From a virus, in IMG/VR virus record IMGVR_UViG_3300002835_000025: a DNA stretch of 64,000 nucleotides. The stretch is one strand, 5' to 3'. Below are positions 27,290-36,849 of the stretch, piece by piece; position 1 is the stretch's first letter; each line of letters opens with the position of its first letter. Below the pieces are notes generated by a model. The model had not been told where the DNA came from, searched no databases, and was given only the letters and a program-made list of their open reading frames with translations. The position numbers and the translations under genes are program-made.

Positions 27290-28998
27290 AAATCGTAATA
27301 TTTTCAGGTGGCACTGGTTCAGTTCAATTACAGAAAGGTCTATATGAAACATTTGGTAAAGATGTATTAGACTATACGGTCATTACAAACTTAGCGGATA
27401 ACGGTCTTTCTACTGGAGAATGCAGAAAAGTTATGGATGGAAAAATTATGGGTCCGTCCGATTTAAGAAAGAATCAAATGCTAAGAGCAAAACTGGAAAA
27501 TAGTATATCAGAAAAATTGTATGAATTCCTAAATGACAGAATAACTATTTCTGCCGATGAAGTTCAATCGGTGCTTTTAGACAGAATCCATAAACTAGAC
27601 ATTGATATGTTTTATAGAGGTGTATTAGCTTCTGGAGTGAATCAATTCTTTGATAGCCAGTTATCATCACAGATAGATTATATTGACTTTTCAATTTCTA
27701 ATATCATTTATTCTGGAATAGCAAAGAAACATAACTATTCATTGGATTCTGCAGGAAAAGTATTTGAAGGAATATTAGACATTCCAGAGAATAGTGTAAT
27801 TTCTAATACTGATTCTCCGATGTATCTTATGGCTAAAACCCAATCTGGTTATATTATACATGACGAAGCTGATATAGTATCATGGAATAATCCTGATGAT
27901 AAAATCGTAGATTGTTTCTTTGTTGATAACCATAATAAGCCAGTAATTCCAGAATTATCAGAACTTTCGAAATCTGTAATATTATCAGCAGACATTATAA
28001 TTTTTTCATCCGGGACTCAATGGTCATCTCTTATTCCGACATATAAATCCATAGGATTCTCTGAAACTATATCAGAATCGAAAGCAAAGAAATATTTAAT
28101 TCTTAATGCTAGTCAAGATGCTGATATGAAAGGTGTATCTGGTGACGAATTGATTAATATTCTTATGGGTTATTTACCAAAAGATACTACTATCATTTCT
28201 GCTTTAGACGGTGACCCTTTATTAATTCCTGATTCGTATCAAAAAATCTCAGCTTTCTTACTTAATCAGGGTAAACACGACGGGAAGGCATTGGTAAAAA
28301 CTATTTTTGACCACTATTATAATTACCCAAAGATTAGTGACCAATACGTTTTCGATTATGATGATACTATTGTTGCTAGAGGCTCGCAGCACTCTAAAGT
28401 ATCTAAATCCAATGTCAAAAGAGTTCAAGAACTTTATAATAAGACTAATAATGTTTGGATATCTACTGGAAATACTATCAATGCTTTGCATGGAAATTTT
28501 TCTAATATTAAAGCATTAGCAGATGGTGGTGTTAATCTATACAAATTTAATAAAGAAGGAATTCCGCAATTCGAAAAATGCCTAGATAATGATTTACTTT
28601 TCTCTAAAAATGATATAGAATATATTACGGCAGATATTGTAGACTGTGGAATTGATATTACTAAAATCCAAATACGTGGAAAGGTAATGATTTCTATCAA
28701 ACCAATATCTCCTGAATACAGACATAGCATTAAATTATTATTAGAATCTAAACTAAGCAAATACGATCTATTAATTAGAATGTCTGGAAGAACAACGATT
28801 GACATTACAAAACCAAACTTGGATAAAATTTTAGCAACAGAAACTCTATTCGTTAATGATTTTACTTATATTGGTGATGAAGGTGAATCTGGCAATGACC
28901 ACCAAATATCACAATGTGGACATTGCAATTTTATACCAGTTAAAGATGTCAAAGATACTAACATGTACTTAGCAATTCTATTGGGAAAAGATGATTAA
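27286..28998 (+). CDS. CofD/YvcK-family transferase fused to a HAD-IIB phosphatase/mutase
   Basis: IVIFSGGTG, DNGLSTG, PSDLRK, ADIIIFSSGTQWSSLIP; then FDYDDT, ISTGN, TTIDI..K, YIGDEGESGND. Confidence 0.8.
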   Translation: MKIVIFSGGTGSVQLQKGLYETFGKDVLDYTVITNLADNGLSTGECRKVMDGKIMGPSDLRKNQMLRAKLENSISEKLYEFLNDRITISADEVQSVLLDRIHKLDIDMFYRGVLASGVNQFFDSQLSSQIDYIDFSISNIIYSGIAKKHNYSLDSAGKVFEGILDIPENSVISNTDSPMYLMAKTQSGYIIHDEADIVSWNNPDDKIVDCFFVDNHNKPVIPELSELSKSVILSADIIIFSSGTQWSSLIPTYKSIGFSETISESKAKKYLILNASQDADMKGVSGDELINILMGYLPKDTTIISALDGDPLLIPDSYQKISAFLLNQGKHDGKALVKTIFDHYYNYPKISDQYVFDYDDTIVARGSQHSKVSKSNVKRVQELYNKTNNVWISTGNTINALHGNFSNIKALADGGVNLYKFNKEGIPQFEKCLDNDLLFSKNDIEYITADIVDCGIDITKIQIRGKVMISIKPISPEYRHSIKLLLESKLSKYDLLIRMSGRTTIDITKPNLDKILATETLFVNDFTYIGDEGESGNDHQISQCGHCNFIPVKDVKDTNMYLAILLGKDD

Positions 28999-29743
28999 TT
29001 TAATTATTATAGCTGCTGGAAACGGCAAAAGAATGGGAAACATTAATGTTCCAAAAGTATTATATCCAGTAAATGGAGTTCCTAATTTAAAAAGAATTAT
29101 TACTAATGCTATAGAGTCCGAAGTATTTGACTCTATAGATTTAGTAATTAAAGATTCTGCAGTAAAAAGTTTTAAAGAATTTTTGGATAATAGTGAATTT
29201 GATATTAAAATAAATCTAATTCCTATAAATTCGGGACTAGGAGATGGACATGCAATTCTTTCCATGTATAAGAATGCTCATCAATATAACAATTCTATAT
29301 TGGTATGGGGCGATGTTTATATTGATAGTCCAATGATATTCAAAGAATTGAAAGATGTTGGAAGTTCTACTGGTAATAACTTTTCAAGCGCAGTAATTCC
29401 GGTATGTACTGAAAAGAATCCTTACGTTACTATATTGACTGATTCTAATATGAACGCATTATCAGCAGACTTCTCTAAACTTGGAGAAACTCATTTGGAA
29501 GGATTCCACGATCAGTCTATATTCTATATCAATAACGATGTAATATATGATAGTCTTCAAAAAATGCATGAAGTGTTATGGAAAAATGGACAATACATTA
29601 CTCAATCAAAAGAATTAAATTTCTTACATATTCTTCATTATTTAAGAAATATTAATTACCCAGCAAATTGTTATATTACTGAGTACCCAACAAAGTCGTT
29701 TAATAGTATTGAAGAATTGACAAAATTGGAAAATTCATTATGA
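28991..29743 (+). CDS. Nucleotidyltransferase (GT-A/NTP_transf family)
   Basis: IIIAAGNGKRMG...PKVL, GLGDGHA, LVWGD. Confidence 0.88.
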   Translation: MINLIIIAAGNGKRMGNINVPKVLYPVNGVPNLKRIITNAIESEVFDSIDLVIKDSAVKSFKEFLDNSEFDIKINLIPINSGLGDGHAILSMYKNAHQYNNSILVWGDVYIDSPMIFKELKDVGSSTGNNFSSAVIPVCTEKNPYVTILTDSNMNALSADFSKLGETHLEGFHDQSIFYINNDVIYDSLQKMHEVLWKNGQYITQSKELNFLHILHYLRNINYPANCYITEYPTKSFNSIEELTKLENSL

Positions 29744-30054
29744 TAAAAACCGATAAAAAATATATCCTATTGGGATCATCGAGACTTAGAAATTTTAAAC
29801 AAGTTAATGATTCTGCTTGGAGATTCTCTTGCAATTATTGTGGTGATTCTGTAAAGAATCCAAAGAAGACCCGCGGAAATATATACATGAAACACCACAA
29901 ATTTCTTTATAAGTGTTTTAACTGCGGAATTTCTAAATCTATTTCTGAATTCATTAAAGATTTGGATTCTAATTTGCATACAAAATATGAAATGGAAAAT
30001 TATAAAGAAGGATCCTCAATCTCACCAGATTTATCAATGTTCGGAGTAAAATGA
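29740..30054 (+). CDS. 61: Stand-alone zinc-binding domain of gp61 primase (truncated primase)
   Basis: FSCNYCGDS.KN.KKTRG..Y...YKCFNCG; stops after 104 aa with no TOPRIM domain. Confidence 0.75.
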   Translation: MIKTDKKYILLGSSRLRNFKQVNDSAWRFSCNYCGDSVKNPKKTRGNIYMKHHKFLYKCFNCGISKSISEFIKDLDSNLHTKYEMENYKEGSSISPDLSMFGVK

Positions 30055-30155
30055 AACTTTTGTTGCATCAACTATTAATTCCATTAATTACTTCCATAGT
30101 AATAACATACATAATTTACATATTGTAAGGAATCGCATGACACACAGGGGAATAC

Positions 30156-31148
30156 ATGGCTATTAGAATCTTAAGCCCAAAGAGTGAATATATTACTGAT
30201 TATCCAACTGCTATAGAATTTTCAGAACAACAGGCATCAATAATTTGGTTTCCAGATGAAATAGAAGTAGAAAAGGATCTTCATGATCTGAAGACGAATT
30301 GCACAGAATCAGAGTATCACGGCGTAATATCAACACTGAAATTATTCACTCTATATGAATTAAATGTTGGTAATGATTACTGGCAAAATTATGTCAGTAA
30401 AGTCTTTCCTAGACCAGATATTCAAAGAATGGCCTCTACCTTCTCGTTTATGGAATTAGGAGTACACGCTCCATTCTATAATAAAATCAACGAAGTTCTT
30501 GGATTAGATAATGTTGACTTTTATAACTCTTACAAAGAAGATGAAGTACTAGCCAATAGAATGAATTGGATTGCAAAAAGAACTACTAAAAAAGATTCTG
30601 TGTACAATGTCCTAAAATCGGTTGGAGTGTTTTCAATGATTGAAGGAGCTATTCTTTATAGTTCATTTGCATTTCTTAAACATTTCAACTCGGCAGGAAA
30701 AAATAAACTCATCAATATAAATGCTGGAATAAATTTTTCAGCAATTGATGAAACCTTACACTCACAAGCAGGCGCATGGTTATTCAGAACATTAAAGTCA
30801 GAAGCTTTCGCCGATGAACAATTGACCTCTATTGAGTTAGTTGGCCTCAAAGAAGAATTGATAGAAACCGCAAGAGTTATTCTAGAGCACGAATCAATTA
30901 TTATTGATAAAATTTTTGAGAAGGGCCATATTAAGGGAATAACAAACACCCAATTAAAAAACTTTGTTGAATCTAGATTAGATATATGTCTAGAAAATCT
31001 TTCATATAGTGGAATATTTAAACCGTCTTATAACCCAATTAAAACCTGGTTCTATAAAGATATTGAAAGCTCAACTTTACATGACTTCTTTTCAAGTCAA
31101 GGTAATGATTATAGTCGCAATTGGTCAGAAGGAAAATTTCAATGGTAA
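30156..31148 (+). CDS. nrdB: Ribonucleotide reductase class I beta subunit
   Basis: WFPDE, E..H...Y, EGAILYSSF, DETLH, DFF. Confidence 0.95.
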   Translation: MAIRILSPKSEYITDYPTAIEFSEQQASIIWFPDEIEVEKDLHDLKTNCTESEYHGVISTLKLFTLYELNVGNDYWQNYVSKVFPRPDIQRMASTFSFMELGVHAPFYNKINEVLGLDNVDFYNSYKEDEVLANRMNWIAKRTTKKDSVYNVLKSVGVFSMIEGAILYSSFAFLKHFNSAGKNKLININAGINFSAIDETLHSQAGAWLFRTLKSEAFADEQLTSIELVGLKEELIETARVILEHESIIIDKIFEKGHIKGITNTQLKNFVESRLDICLENLSYSGIFKPSYNPIKTWFYKDIESSTLHDFFSSQGNDYSRNWSEGKFQW

Positions 31149-32848
31149 GAGAATTATCAATCTATGAAGAATTAGGTGAAGAACGTAAACTACTACAAGA
31201 GAATGGTTCTCTTCCCCATTGGTGCACTACTGCCGCATGGCAAATGCTAAAAGAAAATTATCTTTCAAACAAATATACTGATTTGAAGTCTGTATATTCT
31301 AGAATAGCAAAACACGCGGCAACATATACTAATGATCCAGCAACATGGGAATTAAAGTTCTTTGACTTATTATGGAATGGTTGGTTAGCAGCATCAACAC
31401 CAGTGTTATCTAATATGGGAACTGGTATTGGATGTCCTGTATCATGCTCAGGCGGATTCATTAGTGATTCTGTCTATTCATTTTATGAATCACAAAAGGA
31501 AGCTGCGGTATTATCAAAAAATGGATTTGGAACTTCTGGTTATTTAGGTGACATCAGACCAAGAGGATCTAAAATATCTGGAATAAAAGGAAGTTCGTCT
31601 GGAGTTCTTCCAGTATTCAAAGACTTTGTTCAAATGTCAAGAGACATTAGCCAAGGAAGTCAACGACGCGGAGCTTGGGCAGGTTATATAGAAATTGACC
31701 ATCCAGATTTCCATGAACTAGTCAATTATATTAACAAACAACCAGATGATGCAAATATTGGTTGGAATATTAGTAATGACTTTATTAAAAGATTAGATGC
31801 CGGAGATAAAGATGCTATTGAAAGATATCAAAAGGCATTGAAATTAAAAATGATTACAGGAAAAGGTTATTTTGAATTCATTGATAAAGTTAACGAACAA
31901 AATCCTGCAATGTATAAAGATTTGGGCCTTACAGTAAAAGCTTCCAATCTCTGTTCGGAAATACAATTATTCTCAGATGACGAACATACTTTTAGTTGCG
32001 TATTATCATCAATGAATGCATCACTTTTTGATGAATGGAAAAATACAACAGCAGTATTTGATGCCACAGTTTTCCTTGACTGTGTTAACCAAGATCTAAT
32101 AGAGATTGGAAAGAACACTCGTGGAATGGAAAAGGTTGTTAGATTTGCAGAGAAAAGCAGAGCACTTGGATTAGGTTTATTAGGATTCCATACGTATCTT
32201 CAAGATAATAATATTGCTTTTGAATCGTTTGAAGCCCAATTAAAGAATACTGAAATCTTTAAACATATCAATGAAGAATCATTAAAAGCTTCTCAATGGA
32301 TGGCATCACAATTTGGCGAACCTGAATGGTGCAAAGGTTATGGAGTTAGAAACACTCATAGAATTGCTGTTGCGCCAAATCTCAGTTCCGCTTTAATCTG
32401 TGGTTCTGTTAGTCAAGGCATAGAGCCAATTTATAAAAATGCATATGTTCAAAATACGGCAGCAGGAAAGATTGACCGAGTTAATCCAACACTATTAAAG
32501 TTAATGAAAGAACGTGGTGTCTATTCTGATGATACTGTAAAGGATATTATCAACAAGAAAGGTTCGGTACAACATGTTGAATGGTTAGATGACCATGAGA
32601 AACTAGTATTTAAGACTGCATTTGAAATTGACCAAATGCATATTATTAGATTAGCATCAAGCCGTCAGAGATATATAGATCAAGCGCAAAGCATTAATTT
32701 ATTTTTTAGCTCAGATGAGACTGAACAGTATATTAGTGAAGTACATAAAATGGCTTTCAAAGATCCCTATATTAAGAGTCTTTATTATATTAGATCTGAA
32801 AGCGGAGTTCAAACTAATAAAGGCGAATGTGTAGCCTGTCACGGATAA
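31142..32848 (+). CDS. nrdA: Ribonucleotide reductase class I alpha subunit
   Basis: STPVLSN, PVSC, SNLCSEI, APN, QGIEP, SLYY, C-terminal CVAC. Confidence 0.96.
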   Translation: MVRELSIYEELGEERKLLQENGSLPHWCTTAAWQMLKENYLSNKYTDLKSVYSRIAKHAATYTNDPATWELKFFDLLWNGWLAASTPVLSNMGTGIGCPVSCSGGFISDSVYSFYESQKEAAVLSKNGFGTSGYLGDIRPRGSKISGIKGSSSGVLPVFKDFVQMSRDISQGSQRRGAWAGYIEIDHPDFHELVNYINKQPDDANIGWNISNDFIKRLDAGDKDAIERYQKALKLKMITGKGYFEFIDKVNEQNPAMYKDLGLTVKASNLCSEIQLFSDDEHTFSCVLSSMNASLFDEWKNTTAVFDATVFLDCVNQDLIEIGKNTRGMEKVVRFAEKSRALGLGLLGFHTYLQDNNIAFESFEAQLKNTEIFKHINEESLKASQWMASQFGEPEWCKGYGVRNTHRIAVAPNLSSALICGSVSQGIEPIYKNAYVQNTAAGKIDRVNPTLLKLMKERGVYSDDTVKDIINKKGSVQHVEWLDDHEKLVFKTAFEIDQMHIIRLASSRQRYIDQAQSINLFFSSDETEQYISEVHKMAFKDPYIKSLYYIRSESGVQTNKGECVACHG

Positions 32849-32849
32849 T

Positions 32850-33287
32850 ATGAAGAAATTATTATTACTATTAACATTAATCAGCACCTCGGTTTCGGCC
32901 GAGGTTTACAACTATCCTATTACTAGGGTCATTGACGGTGATACTGTCGAATTCAAAGCTGAATTCTTGCCTAAACCATTAAAGCCAGTGTTATCAATTC
33001 GCGTATTAGGAGTTGATACCCCAGAAAAAGGATTCCGTGCAAAGTGTCCAAGTGAAGCAGAAAAAGGTAAATCTGCGTCGGAATTTACTAAACGCCTAGT
33101 TGCAGAATCTAAAGTCCAACAGGTTTCTATTAAGGATTGGGATAAATACGGTGGTAGAGTATTGGGTGATGTTATTCTTGATGGCAAATCTCTATCAGAA
33201 GAACTAATAAAAAACGGATATGCTCGTTCATATCATGGTGAGAAAAAAGAATCTTGGTGCGGTATGACTACAGGGAAAGTAAAATGA
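32850..33287 (+). CDS. Thermonuclease (SNase-like) with a signal peptide
   Basis: RVIDGDT, IRVLGVDTPE, DKYGGRVLG, GYA. Confidence 0.92.
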   Translation: MKKLLLLLTLISTSVSAEVYNYPITRVIDGDTVEFKAEFLPKPLKPVLSIRVLGVDTPEKGFRAKCPSEAEKGKSASEFTKRLVAESKVQQVSIKDWDKYGGRVLGDVILDGKSLSEELIKNGYARSYHGEKKESWCGMTTGKVK

Positions 33288-33433
33288 CAAAACAAATGTT
33301 TGACTGTGACTCATGCGAGACACAAGGGATTATAACAATCCGAACAGATGGTGTTGAGAAAAATGATATTATCTATTGCCCAATCTGTGCAAGTCCAATC
33401 TTTAGAGATGAAGACGACACGGATGACGAATGA
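33284..33433 (+). CDS. Small zinc-ribbon protein (49 aa, not in the ORF track)
   Basis: MTKQMFDCDSC...YCPICAS...acidic tail; ATGA overlaps at both ends. Confidence 0.7.
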   Translation: MTKQMFDCDSCETQGIITIRTDGVEKNDIIYCPICASPIFRDEDDTDDE

Positions 33434-33870
33434 GTTGGACTCATAACGGAAAATTAGTAACCGAATTGCCAGAGTGCGAAGGCTTTGTCTACTTGATATC
33501 TAACAAGATTGATGGTAGACAGTATATCGGCAAGAAATTAGCAAAGTTTTCCAAAACGTCTATTAAGACTGTAGTACTGAAATCTGGTGAAAAGAAAAAG
33601 AAACGAGTAAAGACAAAGGTTGAATCTGACTGGATGAAATACTGGTCATCATCAATTGAATTGCAACACGATGTTAAGACATTAGGTGAAGAAAATTTTA
33701 CTCGTGAGATTATTCATTTCTGCCAAACCAAGGGTGAATGTTCGTACCTTGAAATGAAAGAACAGATCATAAACGAAGTACTAATACAACCAGACAAATG
33801 GTACAATGCCTTTGTTGGTGGTAAGATTCATCGTAATCATGTAAAAAATTTATTTAAAGAGGTAAAGTAA
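33430..33870 (+). CDS. denA: GIY-YIG nuclease, endonuclease II (DenA)-like
   Basis: GFVYLISN...YIGKK, ESDWMKYWSSS, FTREII, WYN. Confidence 0.7.
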   Translation: MSWTHNGKLVTELPECEGFVYLISNKIDGRQYIGKKLAKFSKTSIKTVVLKSGEKKKKRVKTKVESDWMKYWSSSIELQHDVKTLGEENFTREIIHFCQTKGECSYLEMKEQIINEVLIQPDKWYNAFVGGKIHRNHVKNLFKEVK

Positions 33871-34358
33871 TGTTCCATGAAAGTCCGGAATTCATAAAGC
33901 ATCTTGATAGATGGTTAGATATGAGTGAACAAGTAGATGCAAAATTTCTTAATACTAATAAGACAAAAATACCTGCAATGTTTAGAACATATACTAAATC
34001 ATTATATCGAGGTTTAGTATTAAATCAAACTGAACTGACTGCTTACCAAAAGACTGGTAAATTAACTTTACCAAAACATACATCATGGTCTAAAGATAAA
34101 AAGATTGCAATAAAATTTGTTGATGATCCGCAATATAAAATAAGCGGTAGCGGCAGTATAAAACTTATTTTGACCAAATCCTTCACGCCTGCTAATATTA
34201 TTCTTGACATTAATGCTTTATTTCTTTTCTATGGACAGTCAAAAATGATACAGTTAGGAATAGATGATATGAGTGCGGATAGTGCTATGAAGGAACAAGA
34301 AGTATTGATTGCATCAGGTATAAAAATAACGCCCGCAGAAACTGAATTGTGGTTTTAA
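33870..34358 (+). CDS. ADP-ribosyltransferase-like protein (R-S-E class)
   Basis: LYRG, TSWS, EQEVLI triad. Confidence 0.7.
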   Translation: MFHESPEFIKHLDRWLDMSEQVDAKFLNTNKTKIPAMFRTYTKSLYRGLVLNQTELTAYQKTGKLTLPKHTSWSKDKKIAIKFVDDPQYKISGSGSIKLILTKSFTPANIILDINALFLFYGQSKMIQLGIDDMSADSAMKEQEVLIASGIKITPAETELWF

Positions 34359-34530
34359 TTTAGTGATAAATAATCTATTAAAGGAACAAAACCCTTTAAC
34401 AAAGGAGCAAAGAATGGAGTTGCTCTATACAGCAAAGATTCTGGATAAGGATGGAAACTACCACCCAGATTTCTTTAGTGAAGAAACCGTTCGGAAAAGT
34501 AAGGAAGCTAAGCAAATCGAGGAGTAGCCT

Positions 34531-35031
34531 ATGGTAACCATAGAATTTACTTATGATTATGATCCGAAGTTTCTACCAATCTATAGAGAATTTTTTGAAT
34601 CTGAATTTACTGGTAGAGACTGGTTTGATAGAATACAATATATACCAGACAGAGTTCTGGAACTTAGACTCAGGAAAAGATTACTAGAACGATTGTTGGA
34701 TGAAACTCAAATGCCAATGACTGTTATCAAATACAATAACATTCCAGTTGGATTATCATTTCCAAGAACCCTATTTACTGAAGAAGAAAAACAGAAGTTT
34801 GAAGTTGAGGATTTTGAGTATTATAAGATTGGTTCAATTATCATTCTTAAAGAATATAGGAATAAGGGGATTGCTTATGAGGCTTGTAAGCTGTTCATGG
34901 AACGCTATGGTCCCATCATATATCATGTAGATGAACTTAACCATGCTTCAATAAAATTAGCATTAAAACTAGGGCTTACTTTTTCACACAGAACAAATAT
35001 CAATAATGTGCATTACCTAGTATACAAATAG
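34531..35031 (+). CDS. GNAT-family acetyltransferase
   Basis: ILKEYRNKGIA, N.ASIKLALKLG. Confidence 0.85.
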   Translation: MVTIEFTYDYDPKFLPIYREFFESEFTGRDWFDRIQYIPDRVLELRLRKRLLERLLDETQMPMTVIKYNNIPVGLSFPRTLFTEEEKQKFEVEDFEYYKIGSIIILKEYRNKGIAYEACKLFMERYGPIIYHVDELNHASIKLALKLGLTFSHRTNINNVHYLVYK

Positions 35032-35164
35032 CCCAGTCAGTCTGGGTTTCTTTTTGTTTCTTATCTATTGACACTCTTTTATAAATAAAAGTGTACTATT
35101 ATTGAAATCTTGATATAATAGACTCATACCAAATAAATATTTTAAACGTAACTTAGGAATAAAA

Positions 35165-35446
35165 ATGAAAACTTTTAATCAATTCGCATTAGAACTTATT
35201 GAAGCAAAATTACCTATAACTTCATCAGAAGATGAACTTACTTGGGATCCTAAATCTCGTCAAACTACATTGTCGCCAAAGCAAGCACTTGCTTATGCAG
35301 TTTCTCAATTATCGCCTGAAGAAGTTGCTGCAGTACTTGCTGCAGAAAAATTAAAAAAGATGTCAAGAACACCTCAGCAAAAAGCATTTGATAAGAAAAT
35401 GGCTAAACTTGCCAAAAATCACGAAAACGATACTAGATTAAAATAA
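35165..35446 (+). CDS. Hypothetical protein with a capsid-targeting-like N-terminus
   Basis: MKTFNQFALELIEA. Confidence 0.65.
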   Translation: MKTFNQFALELIEAKLPITSSEDELTWDPKSRQTTLSPKQALAYAVSQLSPEEVAAVLAAEKLKKMSRTPQQKAFDKKMAKLAKNHENDTRLK

Positions 35447-35510
35447 TTAAGTTTTCAATATAAGTTATTATAATTAGCCGGTAATTATACCGGCTTTTTA
35501 TTGTCCGGTG

Positions 35511-35861
35511 AAAATAATAGTGTACTATTATTGAAATCTTGATATAATAGACTCATACCAAATAACCAATGAGGAATTACACATGAATAAAGAACAACAG
35601 ATCCAAACCCTTCTAGATACTTTGTTTGAAAATGCAAAAGAATCATCTCAAAACGCTAGTTGGAATATTGATAAAACGGTGAACTATGCTTATGTTACTG
35701 GTTATTATGAATCTTCATTCAGCAATCTTCTGAAAAGTATGAATCTTACCAAAGCACAGATGGATATCTTATCACAAAGATGTGAAATTAAATAAAATAA
35801 TAGTGTACTATTATTGAAATCTTGATATAATAGACTCATACCAAATAACCAATGAGGAATT
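35511..35861 (+). repeat. Two identical 68-bp promoter+RBS cassettes (35511-35578, 35794-35861); a 47-bp third copy at 35090-35136
   Basis: aaaataatagtgtactattattgaaatcttgatataatagactcataccaaataaccaatgaggaatt is repeated exactly. Confidence 0.92.
35583..35795 (+). CDS. Hypothetical early protein
   Basis: ORF bracketed by the two identical promoter cassettes. Confidence 0.7.
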   Translation: MNKEQQIQTLLDTLFENAKESSQNASWNIDKTVNYAYVTGYYESSFSNLLKSMNLTKAQMDILSQRCEIK

Positions 35862-35866
35862 TAATT

Positions 35867-36094
35867 ATGAAAAACTATAAAGCATTAAAAGACAACGAGG
35901 CCATTTTAATAGTAATGGCCGCTGAACACAATGCCAGGCTAACGATGATAGAGAATGGTCTTGATTTCCAAGATTATGATAATCAGGACTTGCTGGATTC
36001 TTATATAGAGAATAGTATTATTGGTACCTTATCTTCTGAAAAATATTCAGAAGATGTTATTGCTGAATTTGCCAGTATCGGCATTGAAGCATAA
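35867..36094 (+). CDS. Hypothetical early protein
   Basis: GAGG RBS before ATG 35867. Confidence 0.65.
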   Translation: MKNYKALKDNEAILIVMAAEHNARLTMIENGLDFQDYDNQDLLDSYIENSIIGTLSSEKYSEDVIAEFASIGIEA

Positions 36095-36120
36095 ACCACC
36101 AACACGAGGCGTGGAATACT

Positions 36121-36468
36121 ATGAGAAAAGGTGAAAAGAAATTTGTATCTGCGATGCCGACTACGCGTCAAACCACTCCGTATGAACTTGAAAAAGCATA
36201 CAAGACTATTGCCTTTTCAAGATCAAATAAGGTGGAATATAAAAATCTTGATGATCTTGACAATGAAGCATCGCGTATTAGAAGATGTGTTGAACACTAT
36301 TACACATATTCAAATCACGACTTATCTTTCTCTGACTTCTGCACCAAATTTATTATGGAAAATTTCAAAGAAATGGTATTTGGAACAGAATTCGATGGAA
36401 CATACTTAGATGATTTGGAAGTGAATCGTGCTGACGAATACATTGATGATTATAGATTGGTGGCTTAA
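36121..36468 (+). CDS. Hypothetical protein
   Basis: 115-aa ORF. Confidence 0.6.
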   Translation: MRKGEKKFVSAMPTTRQTTPYELEKAYKTIAFSRSNKVEYKNLDDLDNEASRIRRCVEHYYTYSNHDLSFSDFCTKFIMENFKEMVFGTEFDGTYLDDLEVNRADEYIDDYRLVA

Positions 36469-36804
36469 ATGATAAATGCAAAAGAAGAACTTGTAAACAC
36501 GCTTGATGATATTACCAAAAAGCATTCGGTATCTTTAAAGTGTGCTTGGGTAACATACGAAAGTCATTATAAGGCATCTCATGCCTATTCTTCTCTGCCA
36601 ATAGGATTTGAATTGGATGAATTCTTGTCATTTTTAGAAGAATTAGATTTTGACTATAACAATGGATATGGCGGCCAGCATTTACATGGCACAGTATGGT
36701 TTGATGACGGTTCATGGATGGAACGAGGTGAATACGATGGTTCGGAATGGTGGGAATACAAAACAACACCAGAGATTCCTGAAGATTTAAAATGTGTACA
36801 ATAA
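36469..36804 (+). CDS. Conserved phage hypothetical protein
   Basis: YNNGYGGQHLHGTVWF.DGSWMERGEYDGSEWW. Confidence 0.75.
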   Translation: MINAKEELVNTLDDITKKHSVSLKCAWVTYESHYKASHAYSSLPIGFELDEFLSFLEELDFDYNNGYGGQHLHGTVWFDDGSWMERGEYDGSEWWEYKTTPEIPEDLKCVQ

Positions 36805-36849
36805 CAAAATTTGTGATATAATGTAATTTTAAACAACTTGGAAAATATT

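Noticed and set aside
27286-29743. Coenzyme F420 biosynthesis (cofC/cofD)
   Set aside because: No Fo synthase or cofE in the window; the HAD fusion and BGT context point to sugar or DNA chemistry.
35090-35861. CRISPR array or IS ends
   Set aside because: The repeats are promoter+RBS units separated by full ORFs; no cas or transposase gene is present.
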